Shown here: positions 39,450-53,092 of the stretch, in pieces | Layout: each line of letters starts with the position of its first letter | Position numbering within the stretch: the stretch's first letter is position 1 | Assembly (NCBI GenBank): GCA_964016885.1 | Contig: OZ024749.1 | Coordinates: 21,390,001-21,454,000 of the forward strand | Direction: 5' to 3' | DNA from: Eledone cirrhosa | Taxonomy: Eukaryota | Length of the DNA stretch: 64,000 nucleotides | Made by a program: the position numbers and the translations under genes | Notes under the pieces: generated by a model | Databases searched by the model: none | Seen by the model: only the letters and a program-made list of their open reading frames with translations | Told to the model about the DNA's origin: nothing

Positions 39450-39607
39450 TAGGGTTAAGTTTAGCGTAAGTGTTAGGGTTAGCGTTAGGGTTAGGGTTAG
39501 GGTTAGGGGTTGGGTTAGCGTTAATGTTAGGGTTAGGTTTAGGTTTAACGTTAGGGTTAGGGTTAGGGTTAAGGTTAATGTTAGTGTTACGGTTAGAGTT
39601 AGGGTCT

Positions 39608-39638
<31 letters not shown>

Positions 39639-39688
39639 TGGTTATGGTTAGGGTTAGGGTTAGCTTTAGTGTTTCGTTTAGAGTTAGT

Positions 39689-39724
<36 letters not shown>

Positions 39725-39885
39725 GTTTAGTGTTTAGGGGTAGTGTTAGGTTTAGGGTTAGGGTTAGGGTTAGGTTTAGTGTTAGGGTTAGGGTTAGGGT
39801 TAGGGCTTAGAATTTAGGGTTTAGGTTTAGGGTTAGAGTTAGGGTTAGGGTTAGTGTTAGTGTTACAGTTAGTGTTACGGTTAGA
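39450..39885 (+). repeat. ~0.43 kb dispersed copy of ~50298-50733
   Basis: Pseudo-ORFs 39470..39706 and 50318..50554 are identical (offset 10848) and share the private variants CGTAAGTG, GGGGTTGGG, AGCTTTAG, GGGGTAGTG. Confidence 0.88.
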
Positions 39886-39886
39886 G

Positions 39887-39922
<36 letters not shown>

Positions 39923-39940
39923 ATTAGAGTTAGGCTTACG

Positions 39941-40038
39941 TTTTTTCCTTTCTTCGATTTTTTCATTTTTCGATTTCTTCAATTTTTCAATTTTTGATTT
40001 TTTTTTGATTTTTTCATTTTTTCATTTTTTCGATTTTT
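39941..40038 (+). repeat. T-block type E (representative, ~97 bp, 12 copies counted)
   Basis: Entry AGGCTTACG, exit TTTTTG(A/C)GGG. At ~39941, 41923, 44222, 44682, 46828, 47401, 50789, 51452, 53110, 55614, 57242, 57653. Confidence 0.85.
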
Positions 40039-40128
40039 GAGGGTTACGGTTAGGGTTAGGGTTAGGGTTAGGGTTAGGGTTAGGGTTTAGGGTTAGTGTT
40101 AGTGTTAATGTTAGGGTTAGGGTTAGGG

Positions 40129-40169
<41 letters not shown>

Positions 40170-40658
40170 GGTTAGGGTTAGGGTTAGGGTTAGGGTTAGG
40201 GTTTTGTTAGGGTTAGGTTCAGTGTTAGGGTTAGGGTTAGGGTTAGGGCTTAGAATTTAGGGTTTAGGTTTAGGGTTACAGTTAGGGTTATGGTTAGTGT
40301 TAGTGTTACGGTTAGTGTTACGGTTAGAGTTAGGTTTAGGGTTAGGGTTTAGGGTTAGGGTTAGTATTAGTGTTAATGTTAGGGTTAAGTTTAGGGTTAG
40401 GGTTAGGTTTAGGGTTACGTTTTTTCATTTTTTCGATTTTTTCATTTTTCTATTTTTCGATTTTTTTTGATTTTTTCATTCTTTCATTTTTTCAATTTTT
40501 TCAATTTTTTCGATTTCTAGGGTTAGGGTTAGGGTTAAGTTTAGGGTTAGGGTTAGGGTTAGGGTTAGGGTTAGGGTTTAGGATTTAGGATTTAGGGTTT
40601 AGGTTTAGGGTTAGGGTTAGGGTTAGGGTTAGTGTTAGTCTTACGGTTAGAGTTAGGG

Positions 40659-40699
<41 letters not shown>

Positions 40700-40831
40700 G
40701 GTTAGGGTTAGGGTTAGTGTTAGGGTTAGGGCTATGTTTTTTTCATTTTTTCGATTTTTTCATGTTTTCGAATTTTCGATTTTCTCGATTTTTTCATTCT
40801 ACCATCTTTTCTATTTTTCGATTATTTAGGG

Positions 40832-40870
<39 letters not shown>

Positions 40871-41327
40871 TAGGGTTAGTGTTAGGGTTAGGGTTAGGGT
40901 TAGGGTTAGGGTTAGGATTAATGTTTAGGGTTTAGGGTTTAGGGTTAGTGTTAGGGTTAGGGTTAGGGTTAGGTTTAGTGTTAGGGTTAGGGTTTAGGGT
41001 TAGCGTTAGGGGTAGGGTTAAGTTTAGGGTTAGGGTTAGGGTTAGGGTTAGCGTTAGGTTTATGATTAGGGTTAGGGGTAGGGTTAGCGTTAAGGTTAGG
41101 GTTAGGGTTAGGTTTAGCGTTAGGGTCAGTGTTAGCGTTAGGATTAGGATTTAGGGTTAGCGTTAGGGTTAAGTTTAGAGTTAGGATTAGGGTTAGCGTT
41201 AGGGTTAGGGTTAGGGTTAGGAGTAGGGTTAGCGTTAAGGTTAGGGTTAGGTTTAGGTTTAGGTTTAGCGTTAGGGTTAGGGTTAGGGTTAAGGTTAGTG
41301 TTAGTGTTAGGGTTAGAGTTAGGGTCT

Positions 41328-41358
<31 letters not shown>

Positions 41359-41658
41359 TGGTTATGGTTAGGGTTAGGGTTAGTTTTAGTGTTTCGGTTA
41401 GAGTTAGTGTTAGGGTTAGGGTTTAGGGTTAGGGTAAGGGTTAGGGTTAGGTTTAGGTTTAGGGTTAGGGTTAGGTATAGTGTTAGGGTTAGGGTTTGGG
41501 TTAGGGGTTAGAATTTAGGGTTTTGGTTTAGGGTTAAAGTTAGGGTTAGAGTTAGTGTTAGTGTTACGGTTAGTGTTACGGTTAGAGTTAGGGTTAGGGT
41601 TATGGTTAGGGCTAGGGTTAGGGTTAGGGTTAGTTTTAGTGTTTCGGTTAGAGTTAGT

Positions 41659-41691
<33 letters not shown>

Positions 41692-41868
41692 AAGGGTTAG
41701 GGTTAGTGTTTAGGGGTAGGGTTAGGTTTAGGGTTAGGGTTAGGGTTAGGTTTAGTGTTAGTGTTAGGGTTAGGGTTAGGGTTAGGGCTTAGAATTTAGG
41801 GTTTAGGTTTAGGATTAGAGTTAGGGTTAGGGTTAGTGTTAGTGTTACAGTTAGTGTTACGGTTAGAG

Positions 41869-41904
<36 letters not shown>

Positions 41905-42117
41905 ATTAGAGTTAGGCTTACGTTTTTTCCTTTCTTCGATTTTTTCATTTTTCGATTTCTTCAATTTTTCAATTTTTGATTTTTTTTTGATTTTTTCATT
42001 TTTTCATTTTTTCGATTTTTGAGGGTTACGGTTAGGGTTAGGGTTAGGGTTAGGGTTAGGGTTAGGGTTTAGGGTTAGTGTTAGTGTTAATGTTAGGGTT
42101 AGGGTTAGGGTTAGGGT

Positions 42118-42815
42118 TAGGGTTTAGGGTTAGTGTTAGGGTTAAGTTTAGGGTTAAGGTTAGGGTTATGGTTAGGGTTAGGGTTAGGGTTAGTGTTAGG
42201 GCTAGGGTTAGGGTTAGGGTAAGGGTTTAGGTTTAGGGTTAGGGTTAGGATTAGGGTTAGTGTTAGTCTTACGGTTAGAGTTAGGGTTAGGGTTAGGATT
42301 TAGGGTTAGGTTTAGGGTTAGGGTTGGTGTTAGGGTTAGGTTAGGGTTAGCGTTAGGGTTATGGTTAGGGTTAGGGGTAGGGTTAGGATTAATGTTTAGG
42401 GTTTAGGGTTTAGGTTTAGGGTTAGAGTTAGGGTTAAGTTTAGTGTTAGGGTTAGGGTTAGGGTTAGGGCTTAGAATTTAGGGTTTAGGTTTAGGGTTAG
42501 AGTTAGGGTTAGGGTTAGTGTTAGTGTTACGGTTATTGTTACGGTTAGAGTTAGGTTTAGGGTTAGTGTTTAGGGTTAGGGTTAGTATTAGTGTTAATGT
42601 TAGGGTTAAGTTTAGGGTTAGGGTTAGGTTTAGGGTTACGTTTTTTCATTTTTTCGATTTTTTCATTTTTCTATTTTTCGATTTTTTTTGATTTTTTCAT
42701 TCTTTCATTTTTTCAATTTTTTCGATTTTTTCGATTTTTAGGGTTAGGGTTAGGGTTAAGTTTAGGGTTAGGGTTAGGGTTAGGGTTAATGTTAGTCTTA
42801 CGGTTAGAGTTAGGT

Positions 42816-42853
<38 letters not shown>

Positions 42854-42931
42854 TAGGGTTAGGGCTATGTTTTTTTCATTTTTTCGATTTTTTCATGTTT
42901 TCGAATTTTCGATTTTCTCGATTTTTTAGGG

Positions 42932-42970
<39 letters not shown>

Positions 42971-43031
42971 TAGGGTTAGTGTTAGGATTAGGGTTAGGAT
43001 AAGGGTTAGGCTTAGGATTAATGTTTAGGGT

Positions 43032-43063
<32 letters not shown>

Positions 43064-43591
43064 TAGTCTTAGGGTTTAGGGTTAGCGTTAGGGGTAGGGT
43101 TAAGTTTAGGGTTAGGGTTAGAGTTAGGGTTAGCGTTAGGTTTATGGTTAGGGTTAGGGGTAGGGTTAGCGTTAAGGTTAGGGTTAGGGTTAGGTTTAGC
43201 GTTAGGGTCAGTGTTAGCGTTAGGATTAGGATTTAGGGTTAGGGTTAGGGTTAAGATTATGGTTAGGTTTAGGTTTAGCGTTAGGGTTAGGTTTAAGGTT
43301 AGTGTTAGTGTTAGGGTTAGAGTTAGGGTCTGGGTTAGGGTTTAGGGTTAGGGTTATGGTTAGGGTTAGGGTTAGGGTTAGGGTTAGAGTTTAGGTTTAT
43401 GGTTAGGATTAGGATTAGGGTTAGGTTTAGGGTTAAGTTTAGGGTTAGGGTTAGGGTTAGCGTTAGGGTTAGTGTTAGGGTTAGGGTTAGGGGTAGGGTT
43501 AGCGTTAAGATTAGGGTTAAGTTTAGGTTTAGCGTTAGGGTTAGGGTTAGGGTTAAGGTTAGTGTTAGTGTTAGGGTTAGAGTTAGGGTCT

Positions 43592-43622
<31 letters not shown>

Positions 43623-43672
43623 TGGTTAGGGTTAGGGTTAGGGTTAGTTTTAGTGTTTCGGTTAGAGTTAGT

Positions 43673-43703
<31 letters not shown>

Positions 43704-43952
43704 TTAAGGGTTAGGGTTAGTGTTTAGGGGTAGGGTTAGGTTTAGGGTTAGGGTCAGCGTTAGGTATGGTGTTAGGGTTAGGGTTAGGGTTAGGGCTTAG
43801 AATTTAGGGTTTAGGTTTAGGTTTAAAGTTAGGGTTAGGGTTAGTGTTAGTGTTACGGTTAGTGTTACGGTTAGATTTAGGGTTAGGCTAGGGTTAGGGT
43901 TAGGGTTAGGCTTAGGGTTAGGGTTAGTTTTAGTGTTTCGGTTAGAGTTAGT

Positions 43953-43985
<33 letters not shown>

Positions 43986-44577
43986 AAGGGTTAGGGTTAG
44001 TGTTTAGGGTTAGGATAGGTTTAGGGTTAGGGTTAGGGTTAGGTTTAGTGTTAATGTTAGGGTTAGGTTTAGGGTTAGGGCTTAGAATTTAGGGTTTAGG
44101 TTTAGTGTTAGAGTTAGGGTTAGGGTTAGTGTTAGTGTTACAGTTAGTGTTACGGTTAGAGTTAGGGTTAGGGTTAGGGTAAGGGTTTAGGGTTAGGGTT
44201 AGGATTAGAGTTAGGCTTACGTTTTTGCCTTTCTTCGATTTTTTCATTTTTCGATTTCTTCAATTTTTCGATTTTTGATTTTTTTAGATTTTTTCATTTT
44301 TTCATTTTTTCGATTTTTGCGGGTTAGGGTTAGGGTTAGTGTTAGGATTTAGGGTTAGGGTATAGGGTTAGGGTTTGGGTTAGGATTAGGGTTTAGGGTT
44401 AGTGTTAGGGTTAAGTTTAGGGTTAAGGTTAGGGTTATGGTTAGGGTTAGGGGTAGGGTTAGGGTTAGGGCTAGGGTTAGGGTTAGGGTAAGTGTTTAGG
44501 TTTAGGGTTAGGGTTAGGGTTAAGGTTAGGGTTAGGGTTAGGGTTAGTTTTAGTGTTTCGGTTAGAGTTAGTGTTAT

Positions 44578-44608
<31 letters not shown>

Positions 44609-45512
44609 GTTTAGTGTTAGGGTTAGGGTTAGGGTTAGGGTTAGGGTTAGGGTTAGGGTTAGGATTAGTGTTAGGCTTACGTTTTTTCCTTTCTTCGATT
44701 TTTTCATTTTTCGATTTCTTCAATTTTTCGATTTTTGATTTTTTTAGATTTTTCATTTTTTCATTTTTTCGATTTTTGAGGGTTACGGTTAGGGTTTGTG
44801 TTAGGATTTAGGGTTAGGGTTAGGGTTTAGGGTTAGTGTTAGGGTTAAGTTTAGGGTTAAGGTTAGGGTTATGGTTAGGGTTAGGGTTAGGGTTAGTGTT
44901 AGGGCTAGGGTTAGGGTTAGGGTAAGGGTTTAGGTTTAGGGTTAGGGTTAGGGTTAGTGTTAGTCTTACGGTTAGAGTTAGGGTTAGGGTTAGGATTTAG
45001 GGTTAGGGTTAGGGTTAGGGTTAGTGTTAGGGTTAGGTTAGGGTTAGCGTTAGGGTTATGGTTAGGGTTAGGGGTAGGGTTAGGATTAATGTTTAGTGTT
45101 TAGGGTTTAGGTTTAGGGTTAGAGTTAGGGTTAAGTTTAGTGTTAGGGTTAGGGTTAGGGTTAGGGCTTAGAATTTAGGGTTTAGGTTTAGGGTTAGAGT
45201 TAGGGTTAGGGTTAGTGTTAGTGTTACGGTTAGTGTTACGGTTAGAGTTAGGTTTAGGGTTAGTGTTTAGGGTTAGGGTTAGTATTAGTGTTCATGTTAG
45301 GGTTAAGTTTAGGGTTAGGGTTAGGTTTAGGGTTACGTTTTTTCATTTTTTCGATTTTTTCATTTTTCTATTTTTCGATTTTTTTTGATTTTTTCATTCT
45401 TTCATTTTTTCAATTTTTTCGATTTTTTCGATTTTTAGGGTTAGGGTTAGGGTTAAGTTTAGGGTTAGGGTTAGGGTTAGGGTTAATGTTAGTCTTACGG
45501 TTAGAGTTAGGT

Positions 45513-45550
<38 letters not shown>

Positions 45551-45628
45551 TAGGGTTAGGGCTATGTTTTTTTCATTTTTTCGATTTTTTCATGTTTTCG
45601 AATTTTCGATTTTCTCGATTTTTTAGGG

Positions 45629-45667
<39 letters not shown>

Positions 45668-46284
45668 TAGGGTTAGTGTTAGGATTAGGGTTAGGATAAG
45701 GGTTAGGCTTAGGATTAATGTTTAGGGTTTAGGGTTTAGGGTTAGGGTTAGGGTTAGGGTTAGTGTTAGCCTTAGGGTTTAGGGTTAGCGTTAGGGGTAG
45801 GGTTAAGTTTAGGGTTAGGGTTAGGGTTAGGGTTAGCGTTAGGTTTATGGTTAGGGTTAGGGGTAGGGTTAGCGTTAAGGTTAGGGTTAGGGTTAGGTTT
45901 AGCGTTAGGGTCAGTGTTAGCGTTAGGATTAGGATTTAGGGTTAGGGTTAGGGTTAAGATTAGGGTTAGGTTTAGGTTTAGCGTTAGGGTTAGGTTTAAG
46001 GTTAGTGTTAGTGTTAGGGTTAGAGTTAGGGTCTGGGTTAGGGTTTAGGGTTAGGGTTATGGTTAGGGTTAGGGTTAGGGTTAGGGTTAGAGTTTAGGTT
46101 TAGGGTTAGGATTAGGATTAGGGTTAGGTTTAGGGTTAAGTTTAGGGTTAGGGTTAGGGTTAGCGTTAGGGTTAGTGTTAGGGTTAGGGTTAGGGGTAGG
46201 GTTAGCGTTAAGATTAGGGTTAGGTTTAGGTTTAGCGTTAGGGTTAGGGTTAGGGTTAAGGTTAGTGTTAGTGTTAGGGTTAGA

Positions 46285-46317
<33 letters not shown>

Positions 46318-46558
46318 AAGGGTTAGGGTTAGTGTTTAGGGGTAGGGTTAGGTTTAGGGTTAGGGTCAGCGTTAGGTATGGTGTTAGGGTTAGGGTTAGG
46401 GCTTAGAATTTAGGGTTTAGGTTTAGGTTTAAAGTTAGGGTTAGGGTTAGTGTTAGTGTTACGGTTAGTGTTACGGTTAGAGTTAGGGTTAGGCTAGGGT
46501 TAGGGTTAGGGTTAGGCTTAGGGTTAGGGTTAGTTTTAGTGTTTCGGTTAGAGTTAGT

Positions 46559-46591
<33 letters not shown>

Positions 46592-47346
46592 AAGGGTTAG
46601 GGTTAGTGTTTAGGGTTAGGATAGGTTTAGGTTTAGGGTTAGGGTTAGGTTTAGTGTTAATGTTAGGGTTAGGGTTAGGGTTAGGGCTTAGAATTTAGGG
46701 TTTAGGTTTAGTGTTAGAGTTAGGGTTAGGGTTAGTGTTAGTGTTACAGTTAGTGTTACGGTTAGAGTTAGGGTTAGGGTTAGGTTAAGGGTTTAGGGTT
46801 AGGGTTAGGATTAGAGTTAGGCTTACGTTTTTGCCTTTCTTCGATTTTTTCATTTTTCGATTTCTTCAATTTTTCGATTTTTGATTTTTTTAGATTTTTT
46901 CATTTTTTCATTTTTTCGATTTTTGCGGGTTAGGGTTAGGGTTAGTGTTAGGATTTAGGGTTAGGGTATAGGGTTAGGGTTTGGGTTAGGATTAGGGTTT
47001 AGGGTTAGTGTTAGGGTTAAGTTTAGGGTTAAGGTTAGGGTTATGGTTAGTGTTAGGGGTAGGGTTAGGGTTAGGGCTAGGGTTAGGGTTAGGGTAAGTG
47101 TTTAGGTTTAGGGTTAGGGTTAGGGTTAAGGTTAGGGTTAGGGTTAGGGTTAGTTTTAGTGTTTCGGTTAGAGTTAGTGTTAGGGTTAAGGGTTAGGGTT
47201 AGTGTCTAGGGGTAGGGTTAGGTTTAGGGTTAGGGTTAGGTTTAGTGTTAGGGTTAGGGTTAGGGTTAGGGCTTAGAATTTAGGGTTTAGGTTTAGGGTT
47301 AGAGTTAGGGTTAGTGTTAGTGTTACAGTTAGTGTTACGGTTAGAG

Positions 47347-47382
<36 letters not shown>

Positions 47383-47530
47383 ATTAGTGTTAGGCTTACG
47401 TTTTTTCCTTTCTTCGATTTTTTCATTTTTCGATTTCTTCAATTTTTCGATTTTTGATTTTTTTAGGTTTTTCATTTTTTCATTTTTTCGATTTTTGAGG
47501 GTTACGGTTTGGGTTAGTGTTAGAATTTAG
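42118..47530 (+). repeat. Tandem duplication, unit ~2.7 kb
   Basis: Pseudo-ORFs 42591 and 45288 at offset 2697. The private E-block variant TTTTTGCCTTTC...TTTTTGCGGG occurs at ~44222 and ~46828. Confidence 0.88.
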
Positions 47531-47599
47531 GGTTAGGGTTTAGGGTTAGGGTTTGGGTTAGGGTTAGGTTTTAGGGTTAGTGTTAGGGTTAGTGTTAGG

Positions 47600-47764
47600 G
47601 TTAGGGTTTAGGGTTAGTGTTAGGGATAAGTTTAGGGTTAAGGTTAGGGTTATGGTTAGGGTTAGGGTTAGGTTTAGGGTTAGGGCTAGGGTTAGGGTTA
47701 GGGTTTAGGTTTAGGTTTAGGTTTAGGGTTAGGGTTAGGGTTAGTGTTAGTCTTAAGGTTAGAG

Positions 47765-47805
<41 letters not shown>

Positions 47806-48202
47806 GGTTAGTGTTAGGGTTAGGTTACGGTTAGGGTCAGGGTTAGCGTTAGGGTTATGGTTAGGGTTAGGGGTAGGGTTAGGATTAATGTTTAGGGTTT
47901 AGGGTTTAGGTTTAGGGTTAGGGTTAGGTTTAGGGTTAGGTTTAGTGTTAGGGTTAGGGTTTAGGGTTAGCGTTAGGGGAAGGGTTAAGTTTAGGGTTAG
48001 GGTTAGGGGTAGGGTTAGGGTTAGGGTTAGGGTTAGGGTTAGGGTTTAGGGTTAGTGTTAGGGATAAGTTTAGGGTTAAGGTTAGGGTTATGGTTAGGGT
48101 TAGGGTTAGGTTTAGGGTTAGGGCTAGGGTTAGGGTTAGGGTAAGGGTTTAGGTTTAGGTTTAGGGTTAGGGTTAGGGTTAGTGTTAGTCTTAAGGTTAG
48201 AG

Positions 48203-48243
<41 letters not shown>

Positions 48244-48455
48244 GGTTAGTGTTAGGGTTAGGTTACGGTTAGGGTCAGGGTTAGCGTTAGGGTTATGGTT
48301 AGGGTTAGGGGTAGGGTTAGGATTAATGTTTAGGGTTTAGGGTTTAGGTTTAGGGTTAGGGTTAGGGTTAGGGTTAGGTTTAGTGTTAGGGTTAGGGTTT
48401 AGGGTTAGCGTTAGGGGAAGGGTTAAGTTTAGGGTTAGGGTTAGGGGTAGGGTTA
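47600..48455 (+). repeat. ~438-bp tandem duplication made only of telomeric variants
   Basis: GGGATAAG at 47623 and 48061. Both copies carry AGTCTTAAGG and TTAGGGGAAGGG. Confidence 0.88.
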
Positions 48456-48870
48456 GCGTTAGGTTTATGGTTAGGGTTAGGGTTAGGGTTAGGGTTAGGG
48501 TTAGGGTTTATGGTTAGGGTTAGGGGTAGGGTTAGCGTTAAGGTTAGGGTTAGGGTTAGGTTTAGCGTTAGGGTCAGTGTTAGCGTTAGGATTAGGATTT
48601 AGGGTTAGGATTAGGGTTAAGTTTAGAGTTAGGGTTTTTCCATTTTTTCGATTTTTTCAATTTTTCGATTATTTCGATTTTTTCGTTATTTGATTTTTTT
48701 TTTTTTTTTTCGATTTTTTCATTGCATTTTTTTAAATTTTAGATTTTTTCATGTTTTCGAATTTTTCATTTTTTTCGAATTTTCGATTTTCTCGAATTTT
48801 TCATTCTACCATCTTTTCGATTTTTTCGATTTTTCGATTTTTTAGGGTTAGTGTTATGGTTAGGATTTAG

Positions 48871-48912
<42 letters not shown>

Positions 48913-49092
48913 AGTTTAGCGTAAGGGTTAGGGTTAGTGTTAGGGTTAGGGTTAGGGTTAGGGGTAGGGTTAGCGTTAATGTTAGGGTTATGTTTAGGTT
49001 TAACGTTAGGGTTAGGTTTAGGTTTAGGTTTAGCGTTAGGGTTAGGGTTAGGGTTAAGGTTAGTGTTAGTGTTAGGGTTAGAGTTAGGGTCT

Positions 49093-49123
<31 letters not shown>

Positions 49124-49173
49124 TGGTTATGGTTAGGGTTAGGGTTAGTTTTAGTGTTTCGTTTAGAGATAGT

Positions 49174-49209
<36 letters not shown>

Positions 49210-49278
49210 GGTTAGGTTTAGTGTTTAGGGGTAGGGTTAGGTTTAGGGTTAGGGTTAGGGTTAGGTTTAGTGTTAGGG

Positions 49279-49319
<41 letters not shown>

Positions 49320-49561
49320 GGTTAGTGTTAGGGTTAGGTTAGGGTTAGGTTTAGTGTTAGGGTTAGGGTTTAGGGTTAGCGTTATGGGTAGGGTTAAGTT
49401 TAGGGTTAGGGTTAGGGTTAGGGTTAGCGTTCGGTTTATGGTTAGGGTTAGTGTTAGGGTTAGTGTTAGGGTTAGGGTTAGGGTTTAGGGTTAGCGTTAG
49501 GGGTAGGGTTAAGTTTAGGGTTAGGGTTAGGGTTAGGGTTATGTTAGTCTTACGGTTAGAG

Positions 49562-49602
<41 letters not shown>

Positions 49603-50239
49603 GGTTAGTGTTAGGGTTATGTTACGGTTAGGGTTAGGGTTAGCGTTAGGGTTATGGTTAGGGTTAGGGGTAGGGTTAGGATTAATGTTTAGGGTTTAGG
49701 GTTTAGGTTTAGGGTTAGGGTTAGGGTTAGGGTTAGGTTTAGTGTTAGGGTTAGGGTTTAGGGTTAGCGTTAGGGGAAGGGTTAAGTTTAGGGTTAGGGT
49801 TAGGGGTAGGGTTAGCGTTAGGTTTATGGTTAGGGATAGGGTTAGGGTTAGGGTTAGGGTTAGGGTTAGGGTTAGGGTTTATGGTTAGGGTTAGGGGTAG
49901 GGTTAGCGTTAAGGTTTGGGTTAGGGTTAGGTTTAGCGTTAGGGTCAGTGTTAGCGTTAGGATTAGGATTTAGGGTTAGGATTAGGGTCAAGTTTAGAGT
50001 TAGGGTTTTTCCATTTTTTCGATTTTTTCAATTTTTCGATTATTTCGTTCTTTTCATTTTGATTTTTTTTTTTTTTTTTCGATTTTTTCATTGCATTTTT
50101 TTGATTTTTAGATTTTTTCATGTTTTCGAATTTTTCATTTTTTTCGAATTTTCGATTTTCTCGAATTTTTCATTCTACCACCTTTTCGATTTTTTCGATT
50201 TTTCGATTTTTTAGGGTTAGTGTTATGGTTAGGGTTTAG

Positions 50240-50277
<38 letters not shown>

Positions 50278-50455
50278 ATTAGTATTAGGGTTAGGGTTAG
50301 GGTTAAGTTTAGCGTAAGTGTTAGGGTTAGCGTTAGGGTTAGGGTTAGGGTTAGGGGTTGGGTTAGCGTTAATGTTAGGGTTAGGTTTAGGTTTAACGTT
50401 AGGGTTAGGGTTAGGGTTAAGGTTAATGTTAGTGTTACGGTTAGAGTTAGGGTCT

Positions 50456-50486
<31 letters not shown>

Positions 50487-50536
50487 TGGTTATGGTTAGG
50501 GTTAGGGTTAGCTTTAGTGTTTCGTTTAGAGTTAGT

Positions 50537-50572
<36 letters not shown>

Positions 50573-50640
50573 GTTTAGTGTTTAGGGGTAGTGTTAGGTT
50601 TAGGGTTAGGGTTAGGGTTAGGTTTAGTGTTAGGGTTAGG
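48180..50640 (+). repeat. Imperfect duplication, spacing ~1.37 kb
   Basis: H-type T-blocks with T17 at ~48635 and ~50007, each preceded by TTAGGGGAAGGG and followed by TTTAGCGTAAG...TTTAACG. Confidence 0.8.
48635..48843 (+). repeat. T-block type H (representative, ~205 bp, with T15-17 homopolymer)
   Basis: Internal TTGCATTTTT, CATGTTTTCGAA, CATTCTACCA. Also at ~50007, 52334, 56448, with relatives at ~53801, 58324, 60752, 62265. Confidence 0.82.
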
Positions 50641-50734
50641 GTTAGGGTTAGGGCTTAGAATTTAGGGTTTAGGTTTAGGGTTAGAGTTAGGGTTAGGGTT
50701 AGTGTTAGTGTTACAGTTAGTGTTACGGTTAGGG

Positions 50735-50770
<36 letters not shown>

Positions 50771-50959
50771 ATTAGTGTTAGGCTTACGTTTTTTCCTTTC
50801 TTCGATTTTTCATTTTTCGATTTCTTCAATTTTTCGATTTTTGATTTTATTAGATTTTTTCATTTTTTCATTTTTTCGATATTTGAGGGTTACGGTTATG
50901 GTTAGTGTTAGGATTTAGGGTTAGGGTTTAGGGTTAGGGTTTGGGTTAGGGTTAGGGTT

Positions 50960-51187
50960 AGGGTTTAGGGTTAGTGTTAGTGTTAATGTTAGGGTTAGGG
51001 TTTAGGGTTAACGTTAGGGTTAAGTTTAGGTTTAAGGTTAGGGTTATGGTTAGGGTTAGGGGTAGGGTTAGGGTTAGGGCTAGGGTTAGGGTTAGGGTAA
51101 GGGTTTAGGTTTAGGGTTAGGGTTAGGGCTAAGGTTAGGGTTAGGGTTAGGGTTAGGGTTAGTTTTAGTGTTTCTGTTAGAGTTAGT

Positions 51188-51223
<36 letters not shown>

Positions 51224-51397
51224 GGTTAGTGTTTAGGGGTAGGGTCAGGTTTAGGGTTAGGGTTAGGGTTAGGTTTAGTGTTAGGGTTAGGGTTAGGGTT
51301 AGGGCTTAGAATTTAGGGTTTAGGTTTAGGGTTAGAGTAAGGGTTAGGGTTAGTGTTAGTGTTACATTTAGTGTTACGGTTAGAGTTAGGGTTAGGG

Positions 51398-51433
<36 letters not shown>

Positions 51434-51829
51434 ATTAGTGTTAGGCTTACGTTTTTTCCTTTCTTCGATTTTTTCATTTTTCGATTTCTTCAATTTTTGG
51501 ATTTGTGATTTTTTTAGGTTTTTCATTTTTTCATTTTTTCGATTTTTGAGGGTTACGGTTAGGGTTAGGGTTAGGATTTAGGGTTAGGGTTTAGGGTTAG
51601 GGTTTGGGTTAGGTTTAGGGTTTAGGGTTAGTGTTAGGGTTAGTGTTAGGGTTACGGTTTAGGGTTAGTGTTAGGGTTAAGTTTAGGGTTAAGGTTAGGG
51701 TTATGGTTAGGGTTAGGGTTAGGGTTAGGGTTAGGGCTAGGGTTAGGGTTAGGGTAAGGGTTTAGGTTTAGGGTTAGGGTTAGGGTTAGGGTTAGGGTTA
51801 GGGTTAGTCTTACGGTTAGAGTTAGGGTA

Positions 51830-51861
<32 letters not shown>

Positions 51862-52554
51862 CGGTTAGTGTTAGGGTTAGGTTAGGGTTAGGGTTAGGGT
51901 TAGCGTTAGGGTTATGGTTAGGGTTAGGGGTAGGGTTAGGATTAATGTTTAGGGTTTAGGGTTTAGGGTTAGGGTTAGGGTTAGGGAATAGGGTTAGATT
52001 TAGTGTTAGGGTTAGCGTTTAGGGTTAGCGTTATGGGTAGGGTTAAGTTTAGGGTTAGGGTTAGGGTTAGGGTTAGCGTTCGGTTTATGGTTAGGGTTAG
52101 TGTTAGGGTTAGTGTTAGGGTTAGGGTTAGGGTTTAGGCTTAGCGTTAGGGGTAGGGTTAAGTTTAGGGTTAGGGTTAGGGTTAGTGTTAGCGTTAGGTT
52201 TATGGTTAGGGTTAGGGTTAGGGGTAGGGTTAGCGTTAAGGTAAGGGTTAGGGTTAGGTTTAGCGTTAGGGTCAGTGTTAGCGTTAGGATTAGTATTTAG
52301 GGTTAGGGTTAGGGTTAAGTTTAGAGTTAGGGTTTTTACATTTTTTCGATTTTTTCAATTTTTCGATTATTTCGATTTTTTCATTATTTCATTTTTTTTT
52401 TTTTTTCGATTTTTTCATTGCATTTTTTTGATTTTTAGATTTTTTCATGTTTTCGAATTTTTCGATTTTTTTCGAATTTTCAATTTTCTCGAATTTTTCA
52501 TTCTACCATCTTTTCGGTTTTTTCGATTTTTCGATTTTTTATGGTTAGTGTTAT

Positions 52555-52605
<51 letters not shown>

Positions 52606-52765
52606 ATTAGGATTAGGGTTAGGGTTAAGTTTAGCGTAAGGGTTAGGGTTAGCGTTAGGGTTAGGGGTAGGGTTAGCGTGAATGTTAGGGTTAGGTTTAG
52701 GTTTAACGTTAGGGTTAGGGTTAGGGTTAAGGTTAGTGTTAGTGTTACGGTTAGAGTTAGGGTCT

Positions 52766-52796
<31 letters not shown>

Positions 52797-53060
52797 TGGT
52801 TAGGGTTAGTGTTAGGGTTAGTTTTAGTGTTTCGTTTAGAGTTAGTGTTAGGGTTAGGGTTTAGGGTTAGTGTAAGGGTTAGGGTTAGGTTTAGTGTTTA
52901 GGAGTAGGGTTAGGTTTAGGGTTAAGGTTAGGGTTAGGTTTATTGTTAGGGTTAGGGTTAGGGTTAGGGCTTAGAATTTAGGGTTTAGGTTTAGGGTTAG
53001 AGTTAGGGTTAGGATTAGTGTTAGTGTTACGGTTAGTGTTACGGTTAGAGTTAGGGTTAA

Positions 53061-53092
<32 letters not shown>

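Larger units (their letters stand above)
37925..42120 (+). repeat. Tandem duplication, unit ~2.28 kb (copy 1) / ~1.95 kb (copy 2)
   Basis: GGTTCAGTG at 37933 and 40216. ORF offsets 2283-2291 (38087/40370, 38347/40632, 38657/40948, 38838/41129) fall to ~1982 at the E blocks (39941/41923). Confidence 0.9.
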
